Below, piece after piece: positions 1-8,959 of a stretch of DNA of 27,673 bases. This DNA is from Thermodesulfobacteriota bacterium (GTDB taxonomy: Bacteria > Desulfobacterota > DSM-4660 > Desulfatiglandales > Desulfatiglandaceae), in contig JAXHUM010000010.1 in assembly GCA_034189325.1 (NCBI GenBank), forward strand, positions 27,484 through 55,156, in the 5' to 3' direction. A model generated the notes under the pieces. The model saw nothing but the letters and a program-made list of their open reading frames with translations. It was not told where the DNA came from and searched no databases. How positions within the stretch are numbered: position 1 is the first letter of the stretch; each line of letters opens with the position of its first letter. The translations under genes and the position numbers were made by a program.

Positions 1-3000
1 CCAGGTCCTCCAGAATCACATCTTTCTTGTTCTGCATATTGGCGACCAGGGCTTCAGGATATTCACCGGTTTGGCTCTTTACAGCCAGAGACAAGCCTCC
101 AAGAAAGGCAAACATATCGTCATTGTCGAGCATGTAGTAGAGGTTGGATGAGCGGGTATGCATGGTTATCTTAACGTCTTTGAGATTGCTCTTATAGGCG
201 CTTTTCAAGGGTTTCCCCCAGATCTTGTCGCCGTAGGCAAAGGAATAATGGTGAATAAAGACGTCCGCTATTTCCTGGTCATCTTCCCACACGCCACTGT
301 TTGGTATCAGTTCCTGAAGAGCATGAGAGTATGCGCCCGGCATGGGGCCGAAGACCCTGGCCCGGCTCAAATCGTGTGCCTCCTCTTTGTTGTAGCCCCT
401 TTCGAGGAGGGTCAGTTCAATTTTGTTGTTATTCAGGGCAATAAAATTCTCCACATCCTTAAGGGCGCCTGCCATTCTTACGGCCCTGTCCAGGAGCTTT
501 ATGATCTGGGCATAGCTGTCTCGAAAAAGCCCGGATGTCTGCACAAGGACATCGATCCTGGGTCTTTTGAGAAGTGCCCCTGAAACCGGTTTTAAGTCCA
601 CTACCTTGTCTTTGGAGTCCCATACAGGTGTGATGCCGAGAAGATTCAGTATGGCCGCGACGCTTGCGCCCTCATTTCTCTGAAGTTCAGTGCTCCAGAG
701 TATCATGCCCAGTTTGTCGGGATAGGACCCATGCTTTTCCCTGTATCCCTCGATCATTTCATCCGCCAGCTTCTTCCCGACAACAAAGGCCTCTTTAGAA
801 GGTACCTTGTCAATGTTGAAGCCGTAAAAGTTGCGACCGGTCGGTATTGCTTCCGGGTTACGCACAGGGTCATTTCCCTCTCCGGGTGGTATGAACTCAC
901 CATTCAATGCTTTCAGAAGAGACCCGATCTCCGACTTGCCGCATGCTTTCAGCCTCGCCCTTAAATCATGTTTGTCGATCTCCGGGCTATTGAGACAAAC
1001 CACATCCCCAAGATCATCAAGTGGATCTCCCTTGGGTGATACCCCGAAGGTGTGCAGACCGTATGGGATCAGCTTTTCCTGTAGTTCGAGGATATAATGC
1101 TCTACCTTCTCGACAGCATCATCATCAATGCTTTTCAGACCAAGATCTCGGTCAAGGCCAAGTTCCCTGATCAGCCTTTGAACTCTCTTAAGCTTTTCAT
1201 CCGCAAGGGCGTTGTCCATCACATGGGCATTGTGATATTCATCTATAAGAGCTGTGAGTTCACGGTACTCAATATAGGATCCTCCCTTTTTGAGAGGCGG
1301 GATCAGATGATCAATGATAACTCCACGGCCCCTGCGTTTTGCCTGGATCCCTTCGCCGACATTATCTACAATATAGGGGTAGATATTGGGTATATCCTGG
1401 ATCAGTGTTTCTGGAGGGCATGATAATGAGAGGCCGATCTGTTTGCCGGGGAGCCATTCATGGGTCCCGTGTTTCCCAAGGCTGATAATTGCGTCCGCCT
1501 TGAATCTCTTTTTCAGCCAGAAATAGAAGGCGATATACTGATGATGGGGATAGACCATGGGATCGTGATACAGGTTTTCAGGATCTTCACCAAAGCCCCT
1601 CGAGGGTTGAGGCAGGAGAAGTATGTTGCCAAGATCAACGATCGGAATAATGATCTCCCGGTTCTTTATCATGATATTGGAATCCTCAGGCCTGCCCCAC
1701 TGGCGAATCATCTCTTTCTGAAAAAGACCCGGCAATTCCCGGAACCATTCCTGATACAAAGACAGGGGTATCCTGATGATATTTCCACCGGCCGTCAGTT
1801 TATCAAGTTCTCCGGGTGCCCATGAACCGACATTGCGTCCGCCGAGGAGGATCTTTTCTTTTATCTCTTCCTCTGACGGTAATTCCCCTTTCATGTCGTA
1901 ACCCTTTTCTTTCATCGCCGGAAGGATTTGAGAAAGAGACGTAAACAGGTTCAGGTAACTTGCTCCGACATTTTGTTTTCCAGGCGGGTGGTTCCAGTAG
2001 AGGATGGCAATCTTTTTTTCCTTATTCGGTTTCACCTGAAGCGTGTGCCATGCTTTTATTCTCCTGACCATAAAATCTATGTTAGCTGGCATGGGGACGG
2101 TATCGTAAACGACCTCGGTCATTCCCTTGAGACGGGCGGCTGTTTTTCCTCCCACCATGGAAGGTTCCATGGCTCCATTCTGTTCCGGTATGCACACCTG
2201 CCATGCAACCCTTAAGGGAGAGATCCCTGCCTCGGATTCTTGCCACTGGTCAATGGTTATGGAATGGGCCTGAAGGGGCATAAAGACCGGGGCGTTTATC
2301 CGGCAAAGCAAGCTCCTAGTCTTCTCATCAAAACCCCTCAGGAATCTAAAGGCAAAGCCACAGATTATTTGAACCCGGGGTTTCCCCTTTTCATCCAGGA
2401 AGTATTTTTTCAGAGATTCGTAGTAGGGCGGCCTTCCAAAGACAGGCAGGACGTTGATCCCTTCTTTTTCCAGTGTCCGGATCAAATGAATCTCTATCTT
2501 GCCCCTCTCCTTTGATACGGATGTAGCGAATGTGTGTATGCCCACCCAAAATCCATCTTGATGATATTCCTCTCTATTGCGGTACCATCCAAGATACTCA
2601 TCGAAACCGGAAAAGATCTTTGGCCCGTCAGGATGGAAGATGCCTGACTCGGGCAATGTAAAGGGTTTTTCATATGCGACCTTTTCTCCATTAATTGACA
2701 AGACCATGAAAATCAGGTTTTTGATATTTTCAAGAGTAGGGGGAGAGTAATACTGTTCTGCCCGAAGATCCGGGTGAAGGCCTTTCTTTTTCATTTTATC
2801 AGCAAGGTGCGCGCACCGAAGGCTGTAGATTTTTGTCTTCTTATCCTTCAGATTGGGGGCTAGAAAAACATCAACATCCCTGTTCATAAAATCAGCCAGT
2901 AGAATGTGTGATTCATGTATCTGATCACCCTTTACCCTGTTATTTCTTATTTCCTGATCCGTGTAGAATTGAAAGGAGTATTTCTCGTTGATATGGGAGA

Positions 3001-3151
3001 TCTTTTCAATATCCCTGAATGCACGAGCTACCGTAAGGCTGTCTCCAGCCATGATGACCATGACGACCTTTTTCCTCTCACTACCTGCCGAAACATTTGA
3101 TGGGAGCAGGATAATGAAAATGCATAAATACAAAAACCTACTCAATCTCAT
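1..3151 (-). CDS. CobN/Mg-chelatase family protein with an N-terminal Sec signal peptide. 3' end lies beyond the left edge of the window (partial).
   Basis: The ORF track omits it because there is no stop codon inside the window. Reverse-strand translation from ATG (complement of 3149-3151) gives MRLSRFLYLCIFIILLPSNVSAGSERKK..., with a positive n-region, hydrophobic core and VSA-G cleavage-like site. It continues in frame for about 1050 aa with CobN-like stretches such as ...SLGKHGTHEWLPGKQ... and ...YPHHQYIAFYFWLKK.... The + strand ORFs across 158-2515 are short and frame-hopping, consistent with a long antisense gene. Confidence 0.8.
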   Translation of the reverse strand, partial: MRLSRFLYLCIFIILLPSNVSAGSERKKVVMVIMAGDSLTVARAFRDIEKISHINEKYSFQFYTDQEIRNNRVKGDQIHESHILLADFMNRDVDVFLAPNLKDKKTKIYSLRCAHLADKMKKKGLHPDLRAEQYYSPPTLENIKNLIFMVLSINGEKVAYEKPFTLPESGIFHPDGPKIFSGFDEYLGWYRNREEYHQDGFWVGIHTFATSVSKERGKIEIHLIRTLEKEGINVLPVFGRPPYYESLKKYFLDEKGKPRVQIICGFAFRFLRGFDEKTRSLLCRINAPVFMPLQAHSITIDQWQESEAGISPLRVAWQVCIPEQNGAMEPSMVGGKTAARLKGMTEVVYDTVPMPANIDFMVRRIKAWHTLQVKPNKEKKIAILYWNHPPGKQNVGASYLNLFTSLSQILPAMKEKGYDMKGELPSEEEIKEKILLGGRNVGSWAPGELDKLTAGGNIIRIPLSLYQEWFRELPGLFQKEMIRQWGRPEDSNIMIKNREIIIPIVDLGNILLLPQPSRGFGEDPENLYHDPMVYPHHQYIAFYFWLKKRFKADAIISLGKHGTHEWLPGKQIGLSLSCPPETLIQDIPNIYPYIVDNVGEGIQAKRRGRGVIIDHLIPPLKKGGSYIEYRELTALIDEYHNAHVMDNALADEKLKRVQRLIRELGLDRDLGLKSIDDDAVEKVEHYILELQEKLIPYGLHTFGVSPKGDPLDDLGDVVCLNSPEIDKHDLRARLKACGKSEIGSLLKALNGEFIPPGEGNDPVRNPEAIPTGRNFYGFNIDKVPSKEAFVVGKKLADEMIEGYREKHGSYPDKLGMILWSTELQRNEGASVAAILNLLGITPVWDSKDKVVDLKPVSGALLKRPRIDVLVQTSGLFRDSYAQIIKLLDRAVRMAGALKDVENFIALNNNKIELTLLERGYNKEEAHDLSRARVFGPMPGAYSHALQELIPNSGVWEDDQEIADVFIHHYSFAYGDKIWGKPLKSAYKSNLKDVKITMHTRSSNLYYMLDNDDMFAFLGGLSLAVKSQTGEYPEALVANMQNKKDVILEDL

Positions 3152-3500
3152 CCTTCATCTCCTCGGGTATGTATATGACCCGACCGTCTTTTAACTGATA
3201 GGCTATTCCCAGTTTTACTCCCTCATCTCCGCCGAGTTTACGGTTGGTCACCTTTCTTGCCGTGACCTCTTTTCCCTTCTTGGTAATGATCCGCCACTGA
3301 TGATCCCTTTTTTTCATAATCGTGATCTCGCTTTCAGGATTAAAAAAATCCAGGATCTGAAAAGTGGCCATGAGGGAGAGCAGCAGGGCCACTATGAAAA
3401 CAAGGGCCACGTCAAAAAGATTGGCTACCCCGTGCAAGGGCTCCTCCTGTTTTACTTTTAACAGATGGCCGGGACGGCTTTTAATCAGGTATTTCATCAT
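3138..3500 (-). CDS. ExbD-like biopolymer-transport / TolR-family small membrane protein. From memory it may belong to the DUF2149-type family that accompanies MotA/ExbB and CobN.
   Basis: 120 aa. Single TM with a conserved Asp (NLFDVALVFIVALLLSL), as in ExbD/TolR. The C-terminal domain is basic. It overlaps the upstream MotA/ExbB gene by 20 nt and the CobN start by 14 nt, indicating an operon. Confidence 0.6.
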   Translation of the reverse strand: MMKYLIKSRPGHLLKVKQEEPLHGVANLFDVALVFIVALLLSLMATFQILDFFNPESEITIMKKRDHQWRIITKKGKEVTARKVTNRKLGGDEGVKLGIAYQLKDGRVIYIPEEMKDEIE

Positions 3501-4149
3501 TTTCCTCTGAAGACTGAACTCCTGATCGGTTGGAAATGCTTTTTGTCATAGCTTCCGTAATCAAATTTACGTGACGCATGTCTTCAATAACCCAGCGTTC
3601 TTTGACAACGGAAAAAAAGTGCGCCGAGATTCCCAGGGCCAGCCCCACCACAGTAGTGGTGAAGGCCAGGATCAGGCTGGAGGAAAGTTGGGCCATGTTG
3701 CCCTGGGTAAGACCGGCAAGTCCGGTGCCCATTGGAATTAATGTGCCCATAAGCCCGAGACTCGGACCGATGCGTACTATGAGCCGGATCTTGTCTACCT
3801 CTTTGAGCAGTGAACACTCCTTCCGTTGATTCAGGTCCTCCACCCGTTCGTCCATGAACAGGTCGTCGCTGAAAAGGATCTCCTCCAAATCTTTTGCGTA
3901 GCCGGAAATATGCAGGGGCAGGGTTTTTCCGATCTCCTGGGGAAGGTTCTTGTTTTTCTGAATTATCTCCAGTGAATTCGCCAATAATCCATTGGAACGA
4001 AACTGTCTCCTTTTTACCCATTCAGAAAGAAAGCCTCCTGCATATATTGTTAGCCAGAGGCTTACAATAATAAGCACCACCACCACAGGGTAGAGCAGGG
4101 CCGTTGAAACAGTGTAAAGGATGGTCTGAAAGAGAGGGAAGATATTCAT
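3481..4149 (-). CDS. MotA/TolQ/ExbB proton-channel family protein
   Basis: 222 aa. N-terminal TM, a cytoplasmic loop, then the characteristic C-terminal TM pair with LGLMGTLIPMGTGLAGL...LILAFTTTVVGLALGI (MotA_ExbB signature). 4-nt overlap with the upstream gene. Confidence 0.85.
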   Translation of the reverse strand: MNIFPLFQTILYTVSTALLYPVVVVLIIVSLWLTIYAGGFLSEWVKRRQFRSNGLLANSLEIIQKNKNLPQEIGKTLPLHISGYAKDLEEILFSDDLFMDERVEDLNQRKECSLLKEVDKIRLIVRIGPSLGLMGTLIPMGTGLAGLTQGNMAQLSSSLILAFTTTVVGLALGISAHFFSVVKERWVIEDMRHVNLITEAMTKSISNRSGVQSSEENDEIPD

Positions 4150-4898
4150 GTTGATTCCCCTTTGAAAAAAAAGTTTCTAATGAATCCGACTCCTCCCAGG
4201 ATGAATAGGGCGATAACAAAGATGAATGTATTGAAAAGATCGATGTTATTTGCCGGAGTGTTGGAGCGGGCCATGACAAAGGCTGCCTTTATCTCCGGAT
4301 ACATAGGGGCAATGATAAGGGTAAAAAGAAAATAGAGGGCGGCCATGACCATTGTCACGCCGAGGAATGTATTGCCCGTCCCGGTTTTATGGCGGAAAGG
4401 AAATATCAGAACCAGAGTCAGGACGACAATACTCAAAAAGAGGGCGAAGAGGATCAGGGTCACCATTGGAGTTGACAGGGAGAAGATGGAATAGGCAAGG
4501 GTCAAATTGAGAAGAATGACCGTGACGCACACCGGACAGGGCAGGATAAGCAGCCAGACAGCCATGTGGGAATGGCCATGTTGTCGCTCCGGGTTTTGCA
4601 GGAGAAGTCTTGCTCCCCAGAAAAAAAGCCCAAGAGCCACCGCGAAATGGAGGAGCATGCCATATTGGAGCATGTCTATAAGCTTGTCTAAATAGTCCAA
4701 TAAGTTTAAATGAGAAACCAGCAAGTAGAGGCAGGCAAAAAGAACGAGGTAAACAAGCCCCGTCCCTAAAACGAGCGTTATTTTCTTTGCCGGGGAGACA
4801 GCCCGGCTGTATGTACGCGCTCCCAGCCCCAGGCCGACCTTTATTGCAAACAGGGAAAATGCGGTAAGGATTCCGCTTATCCAGAGTTGTCTCAGCAT
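4146..4898 (-). CDS. Polytopic inner-membrane protein of unknown function. From memory it may be DUF2162-like. Carries a His/Cys cluster.
   Basis: 250 aa with about 7-8 hydrophobic helices. Motif QHGHSHMAVWLLILPCPVC lies at a predicted membrane interface. Sits between the TonB receptor gene and the MotA/ExbB gene in the same operon. Confidence 0.6.
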   Translation of the reverse strand: MLRQLWISGILTAFSLFAIKVGLGLGARTYSRAVSPAKKITLVLGTGLVYLVLFACLYLLVSHLNLLDYLDKLIDMLQYGMLLHFAVALGLFFWGARLLLQNPERQHGHSHMAVWLLILPCPVCVTVILLNLTLAYSIFSLSTPMVTLILFALFLSIVVLTLVLIFPFRHKTGTGNTFLGVTMVMAALYFLFTLIIAPMYPEIKAAFVMARSNTPANNIDLFNTFIFVIALFILGGVGFIRNFFFKGEST

Positions 4899-4977
4899 GG
4901 TTGTTGATCTCCTTAGAAAAGGGGTTCGGACACATGTGCCCCGTAGTGGCCTGCCTGCTATCTTAGTTAGTGACTAT

Positions 4978-7080
4978 CTAAAAATGGTAACTTACGCCTA
5001 CTTCAACGTAGACGCCGTCTTGAACATAATAGGCGTTTCTCGGCTCGCCATCGGCAGATGTCAGTCTTCCTGTTGAGTTCTGAACATTCTCAATCTCTTC
5101 ATCAAATAGATTCTTCCCAAGCACCCAAAACTTCCAGTTCTGAGTCGTGTAAGAGATGCTTGCGTCAACGGTCGTTTTTGATCCATACTCGATGCGGTTC
5201 AAATAATCTACGTATTCAGACCCGGTATAATTCACGTCAACGCTTGATTTGAGGCCTTTTACAGGGTAGAAATCCAAGCCCATGGTGAAGGAATAGACGG
5301 GTATCCCTATGAATTCCATTCCGTTCAGGTCTTTAAGTTCCCTCACATTTGTCGGATGGACGTAGACTCGCATCTGGCCTTCGGTCCATTGTGTATCAAG
5401 ATAGGACCCGGCAAAACGGTACCCTAAAAAAGGTCGGAGTCTTCCGTCCGCTTCAAGCTCAATGCCTTTGGTCTCTGTCTCCCCGATATTCTTCACACCT
5501 TTCCAGGTCGACCCCTCGTAATAGCTTGCAAACTTGTCCTTGCACTCGGTGAAAAAGCCCGTGAGGCTGATATTCAAAGACCTACTCATCATGTGCTTAT
5601 ACCCTATTTCATAGGTAAGGGATTCCTCAGGTTTCAAGTCTCCGGGGAGGTTGTTTGGGCTGGCCTTTTCTGCGGCCCACGCGTAGTATCTCGGTGTGGG
5701 AAACCAGAAGCTTCTCCCCACGGAAACATAGATGTTTGCTTTATCCATAAAACGACAGGAAGGAGCCACAGACCATCCGAACATGGTCTTGTCCTGATCT
5801 ACCTTTGTGCCTGCCCTATCTTCAAACTCGACTTCCGCCTTATCGATCCTGCCCCCGATCCTGAGTCCCCAGTTTTCTTCCAGCAATATATCGTTATCCC
5901 AGAAAAGGCCGTATTGCTTTTCTGAGATATCAAAGTCGCCGGCCGCAGTACTTTCGTCCGGACCATATGGGTATGTCTTGCGCTGGGTGAAATCGATATC
6001 CTCACAGTTGACGCCCACAGAGGGTGTGTAGCTGATCCCACCGAAATCGAAGTTGCCTCCGCCTGAAAGGGTGAAGGCATACGTTTCTTGATCCTTGTCA
6101 TCGAGGTCGCCGCGTGTTGCGGATGAAGAGATGTAGATATCCCTTGAGTCATTATATCTTTCTTCATAATCAATGTAGGATAATGCTGAAGACGCAAAGT
6201 ACTTATCACCGGCGTGGGAAAACTCGACCGCGTAGGTTGAAACGTCCTGGTCCCTTTCATTATGCCAGACCAATGTGGGGTCGGTTTCGCTCACGGGAAA
6301 ATGGATGTTCCTCCGGTAATTGTCGAGCTGATACTGATATTTCGCGAACCCGTAGACCGTATCATGGTCGTTCGTTAAAAAATTATAACGGACGCCGAGG
6401 CGGGTTTGTTCCGAGAGGTTGTAGCCGAGCTTAAGGAGAGTTGAAAATCGTGATTTTTCTTCCTCTTCGTAGCCGTCGGTCTTATAATTTGAAGCATTTA
6501 TAAAATAATCCCATTGATTAATAGCGCCTGATAAATCAGCGTACTCCTCATGGGTATTCCACGAACCATAAGATGCTGAGAGGTTGAAGTGAACCGGTTT
6601 ATCTCGTTTTCCCTTTTTAGTGATGATATTTATCACACCCCTAGAGGAACCTGGGCCATACGCGACCCCGGCGGAACGGAGGACCTCGATCCGTTCTATC
6701 TGGCTGACAGGGATAAAACTGAAGTGGTCATACCTGTAATCACCAATCTTCTGGGGAACTCCGTCAATAAGTATGACAGGCCCGCCCGCCATGCTGCTCC
6801 CAGTACCCCTTATGGCTACTGCGTCATCCTTGGCGCTCGTGTCTATGACTCCGGGGATTTTTGTCAGGGCCTCAATGATATTCTTCGCTCCCATCTCTTC
6901 CAGTTCCTTGGCAGTAATAATGGAAATACTTGCCGGTGTATCAATCATCTTTGTTTTGTGGGTCGCCGTCACGACAACCTCTTCCAACTCATGTATTCCA
7001 TCCTCTTCTTCCTGTGCGTTACACAGTGCGGATAGGCACACCAGGGGAAAACATACCAGAACAAACATCCACTTCTTCAT
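4978..7080 (-). CDS. TonB-dependent outer-membrane receptor (plug + beta-barrel)
   Basis: 700 aa. Signal peptide MKKWMFVLVCFPLVCLSALCNAQ. TonB-box-like EEVVVTAT. Plug-domain motifs (IEALTKIPGV, IRG..., RIEVLRSAG). C-terminal aromatic terminus ...VGVSYHF. RBS AAGGAGGT lies 6 nt upstream. Confidence 0.92.
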   Translation of the reverse strand: MKKWMFVLVCFPLVCLSALCNAQEEEDGIHELEEVVVTATHKTKMIDTPASISIITAKELEEMGAKNIIEALTKIPGVIDTSAKDDAVAIRGTGSSMAGGPVILIDGVPQKIGDYRYDHFSFIPVSQIERIEVLRSAGVAYGPGSSRGVINIITKKGKRDKPVHFNLSASYGSWNTHEEYADLSGAINQWDYFINASNYKTDGYEEEEKSRFSTLLKLGYNLSEQTRLGVRYNFLTNDHDTVYGFAKYQYQLDNYRRNIHFPVSETDPTLVWHNERDQDVSTYAVEFSHAGDKYFASSALSYIDYEERYNDSRDIYISSSATRGDLDDKDQETYAFTLSGGGNFDFGGISYTPSVGVNCEDIDFTQRKTYPYGPDESTAAGDFDISEKQYGLFWDNDILLEENWGLRIGGRIDKAEVEFEDRAGTKVDQDKTMFGWSVAPSCRFMDKANIYVSVGRSFWFPTPRYYAWAAEKASPNNLPGDLKPEESLTYEIGYKHMMSRSLNISLTGFFTECKDKFASYYEGSTWKGVKNIGETETKGIELEADGRLRPFLGYRFAGSYLDTQWTEGQMRVYVHPTNVRELKDLNGMEFIGIPVYSFTMGLDFYPVKGLKSSVDVNYTGSEYVDYLNRIEYGSKTTVDASISYTTQNWKFWVLGKNLFDEEIENVQNSTGRLTSADGEPRNAYYVQDGVYVEVGVSYHF

Positions 7081-7308
7081 TAGGACCTCCTTTTACGTTT
7101 TTTGTTTATTATTTGGAGGTCTGGTGATAGCCTATTTGCGGCCGGGTTATCCAAACCTCCATTGCGGGTTAGCGATTAAAGCCGGTGGGCAGAGCGGCTT
7201 ATGGCTTGGCGGCTTTCCGCTCTGCCCTTTCTTATCCACACAGTCTGAGTTTGGAAGAATCTGAAACCCCGGCAAGCACACAGGCAATCGTGTTCATGCC
7301 TTTTGGCA

Positions 7309-7556
7309 TAAAAAAATCCCCGGACCGAAATGAATCGATCCGGGGATTTCCCTTTTTTATCCTCAAGATCCTACGGCTTCCCTCAGTCCGCGAAGGTTGT
7401 GCCATTGTTATCCAGGCAGGTCTTCTGACTCTCGGATCATCCTACTTACCGCGCCTTCCCATCTATTTTATAACAGACAGTGGCATGATGCAGTGTTCGT
7501 CCCCGATCACAGCGGCGGGTCCGTCCCCGATTTAAACGGGGTTCCCTATTAAGCTC
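7309..7556 (-). ncRNA. Cobalamin (B12) riboswitch, copy 1, with intrinsic-terminator expression platform. It is the leader of the TonB-receptor/CobN operon.
   Basis: The minus strand reads AAUAGGGAACCCCGUUUAAAUCGGGGACGGACCCGCCGCUGUGAUCGGGGACGAA...GGGAAGGCGCGG...AGUCAGAAGACCUGCCUGG. This matches the conserved AGGGAA / GCCACUG-like core and the B12 box (complement of 7405-7420). It is followed by a 12-bp hairpin (complement of 7316-7348) and a U7 tract (complement of 7310-7316). Confidence 0.85.
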
Positions 7557-7591
7557 CTCAAGAGCTCCTGAATAGAATATATGTAGTAGTA

Positions 7592-7619
7592 AGTTTAGTT
7601 AACTGCAAAAAAGAGTCAA
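7592..7619 (-). promoter_or_regulatory. Candidate sigma-70 promoter for riboswitch 1 and its operon
   Basis: Minus strand TTGACT (complement of 7614-7619), a 16-nt spacer, then TAAACT (complement of 7592-7597), about 35 nt upstream of the aptamer. The same architecture recurs before copy 2. Confidence 0.35.
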
Positions 7620-8431
7620 GAAAAAAATGCGGCTGCAGTCTAGCAACGCGAATGCCCTGCAACCCTGGCATACGACTTCAGTTTTGACCAGATTGTCATG
7701 ATCGCATCTCCGCTCTCCTTAATCGATCAGGATCAGTCCGTACAATACGTTTTCGGTGTAGTCGATTTCTGTAAATGAACCTACTTCGATTCCTATGGCG
7801 TCCAGGGAGGGCCTGACATTTGTCGGATCAAGGCATTTGCCATGTTTCCAAATTCACATGCATCGCAAAGATTACAATTGCCCGGGAAAAAACAAAAGGA
7901 TATCCTTGCCCTCCCTTCGCATCCTCAGACTGCAATCTAGGTCTCAGGCATGTTCTTCAACTTTCCTTTGGCAAGTCACCGGCTTTGCCGGGCGTCCCAG
8001 CAGAGTCTGATATTTAAGGGATAAAATGAAGATCCCTCTTGTAGTGAACCGCTCAGCCCTGCAAACAAAGGAGAGAGTTCGATAAACGATACATCAATTC
8101 CAAATCACGCAAGATAGGAACGCCAATGTCATATCATCCTGGTTCCCAAGGTCCAAAAGAAAATGTTATTCGCTCATTATGGGCACTGCCCGGGTTTTAA
8201 GGAATGTGGAACATACCCGTGAGAGTAAAGTGATGGAAGGACATCCGTCATATCACCAAGTGCCCAACGCTCCTGTCAATGCCCCCAAAATTCTCGATGG
8301 CGCAGACTGTGGTATGTAGCAAGGGTAAAAGCGTCATTCATATCACAGGCACCTACATGGGCCGGCGAAAAAACCTTGGAGGACATCAGTGTCGGTCCAG
8401 GAGATAATTTCGTTTCGACAGTTGATCGTGA

Positions 8432-8920
8432 CTACATATAATCAAACTTTCTCCAAAAATCCTTATCGCCACTTCTCCAATCAGAACCGAATCTTTTGTC
8501 ATAATGGGAGGCCATTCTATCGAGCCAACGCCACCATAAACTCTTGCCTTCCTCTTTGGCTTCCAGGACATCATTTAGATATATTGGAAGGTCAATCATT
8601 TTCTCCTTTGGCACATAAAAGGCAGCTCCTCCCTTGAATGATTTGACAGTATGCTCCGGGCTCAGGGCATTGGCGGTCAACATAACAGCTATTACTTTTT
8701 CTTTGTTTGCTATCTTTAACAGACCATATCCGTCTACACCCATAATATCCAGAATGGCCATGTCAAAATACTGAGATTCTAGTAGTTCTTTTGCTTCATT
8801 AAAGGTTGAGGCCTTTACAACATTACACATTGATAATAGTTCTTCAAGTGTTACCAATATATCGGGTTCGTCATCTACAATAAGAATTCTTTTGCCATGC
8901 AACAGGCTTTTCTTTGTCAT
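8432..8920 (-). CDS. Single-domain response regulator (CheY-like receiver) with a C-terminal Trp/Arg-rich ~45-aa tail. Sits directly downstream of B12 riboswitch copy 2.
   Basis: 162 aa. ILIVDDEPDIL (acidic pocket), AILDIMG (phospho-acceptor Asp), MLTA (conserved Thr), FKGGAAFYVPK (conserved Lys). Tail LEAKEEGKSLWWRWLDRMASHYDKRFGSDWRSGDKDFWRKFDYM. RBS CAGGAGC precedes the ATG. Confidence 0.8.
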   Translation of the reverse strand: MTKKSLLHGKRILIVDDEPDILVTLEELLSMCNVVKASTFNEAKELLESQYFDMAILDIMGVDGYGLLKIANKEKVIAVMLTANALSPEHTVKSFKGGAAFYVPKEKMIDLPIYLNDVLEAKEEGKSLWWRWLDRMASHYDKRFGSDWRSGDKDFWRKFDYM

Positions 8921-8959
8921 GATAAGTGCTCCTGATGAACTAATTTCCGTTTTTGGATG

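Noticed and set aside
158-2515. Series of 77-141-aa + strand ORFs (158-583, 731-964, 1097-1423, 1460-1825, 1928-2215, 2240-2515)
   Set aside because: They hop between frames and have no RBS. They lie antisense to a continuous CobN-like reading frame on the minus strand. The track missed that frame because it has no in-window stop.
4387-4935. 182-aa minus-strand ORF
   Set aside because: It overlaps the 250-aa membrane-protein gene in another frame, is Pro/Gly/Arg-rich with low complexity, and has no RBS. Classed as a shadow ORF.
7185-7535. 116-aa + ORF, plus + ORFs 8892-9200 and 9621-9881 and minus ORF 9531-9719
   Set aside because: They lie inside, or start within, the cobalamin riboswitch cassettes. 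Their apparent conservation between copies is explained by the RNA repeat (for example, the shared peptide ...PRTE(A/M)NRSGDFPF... is just the translated terminator hairpin).
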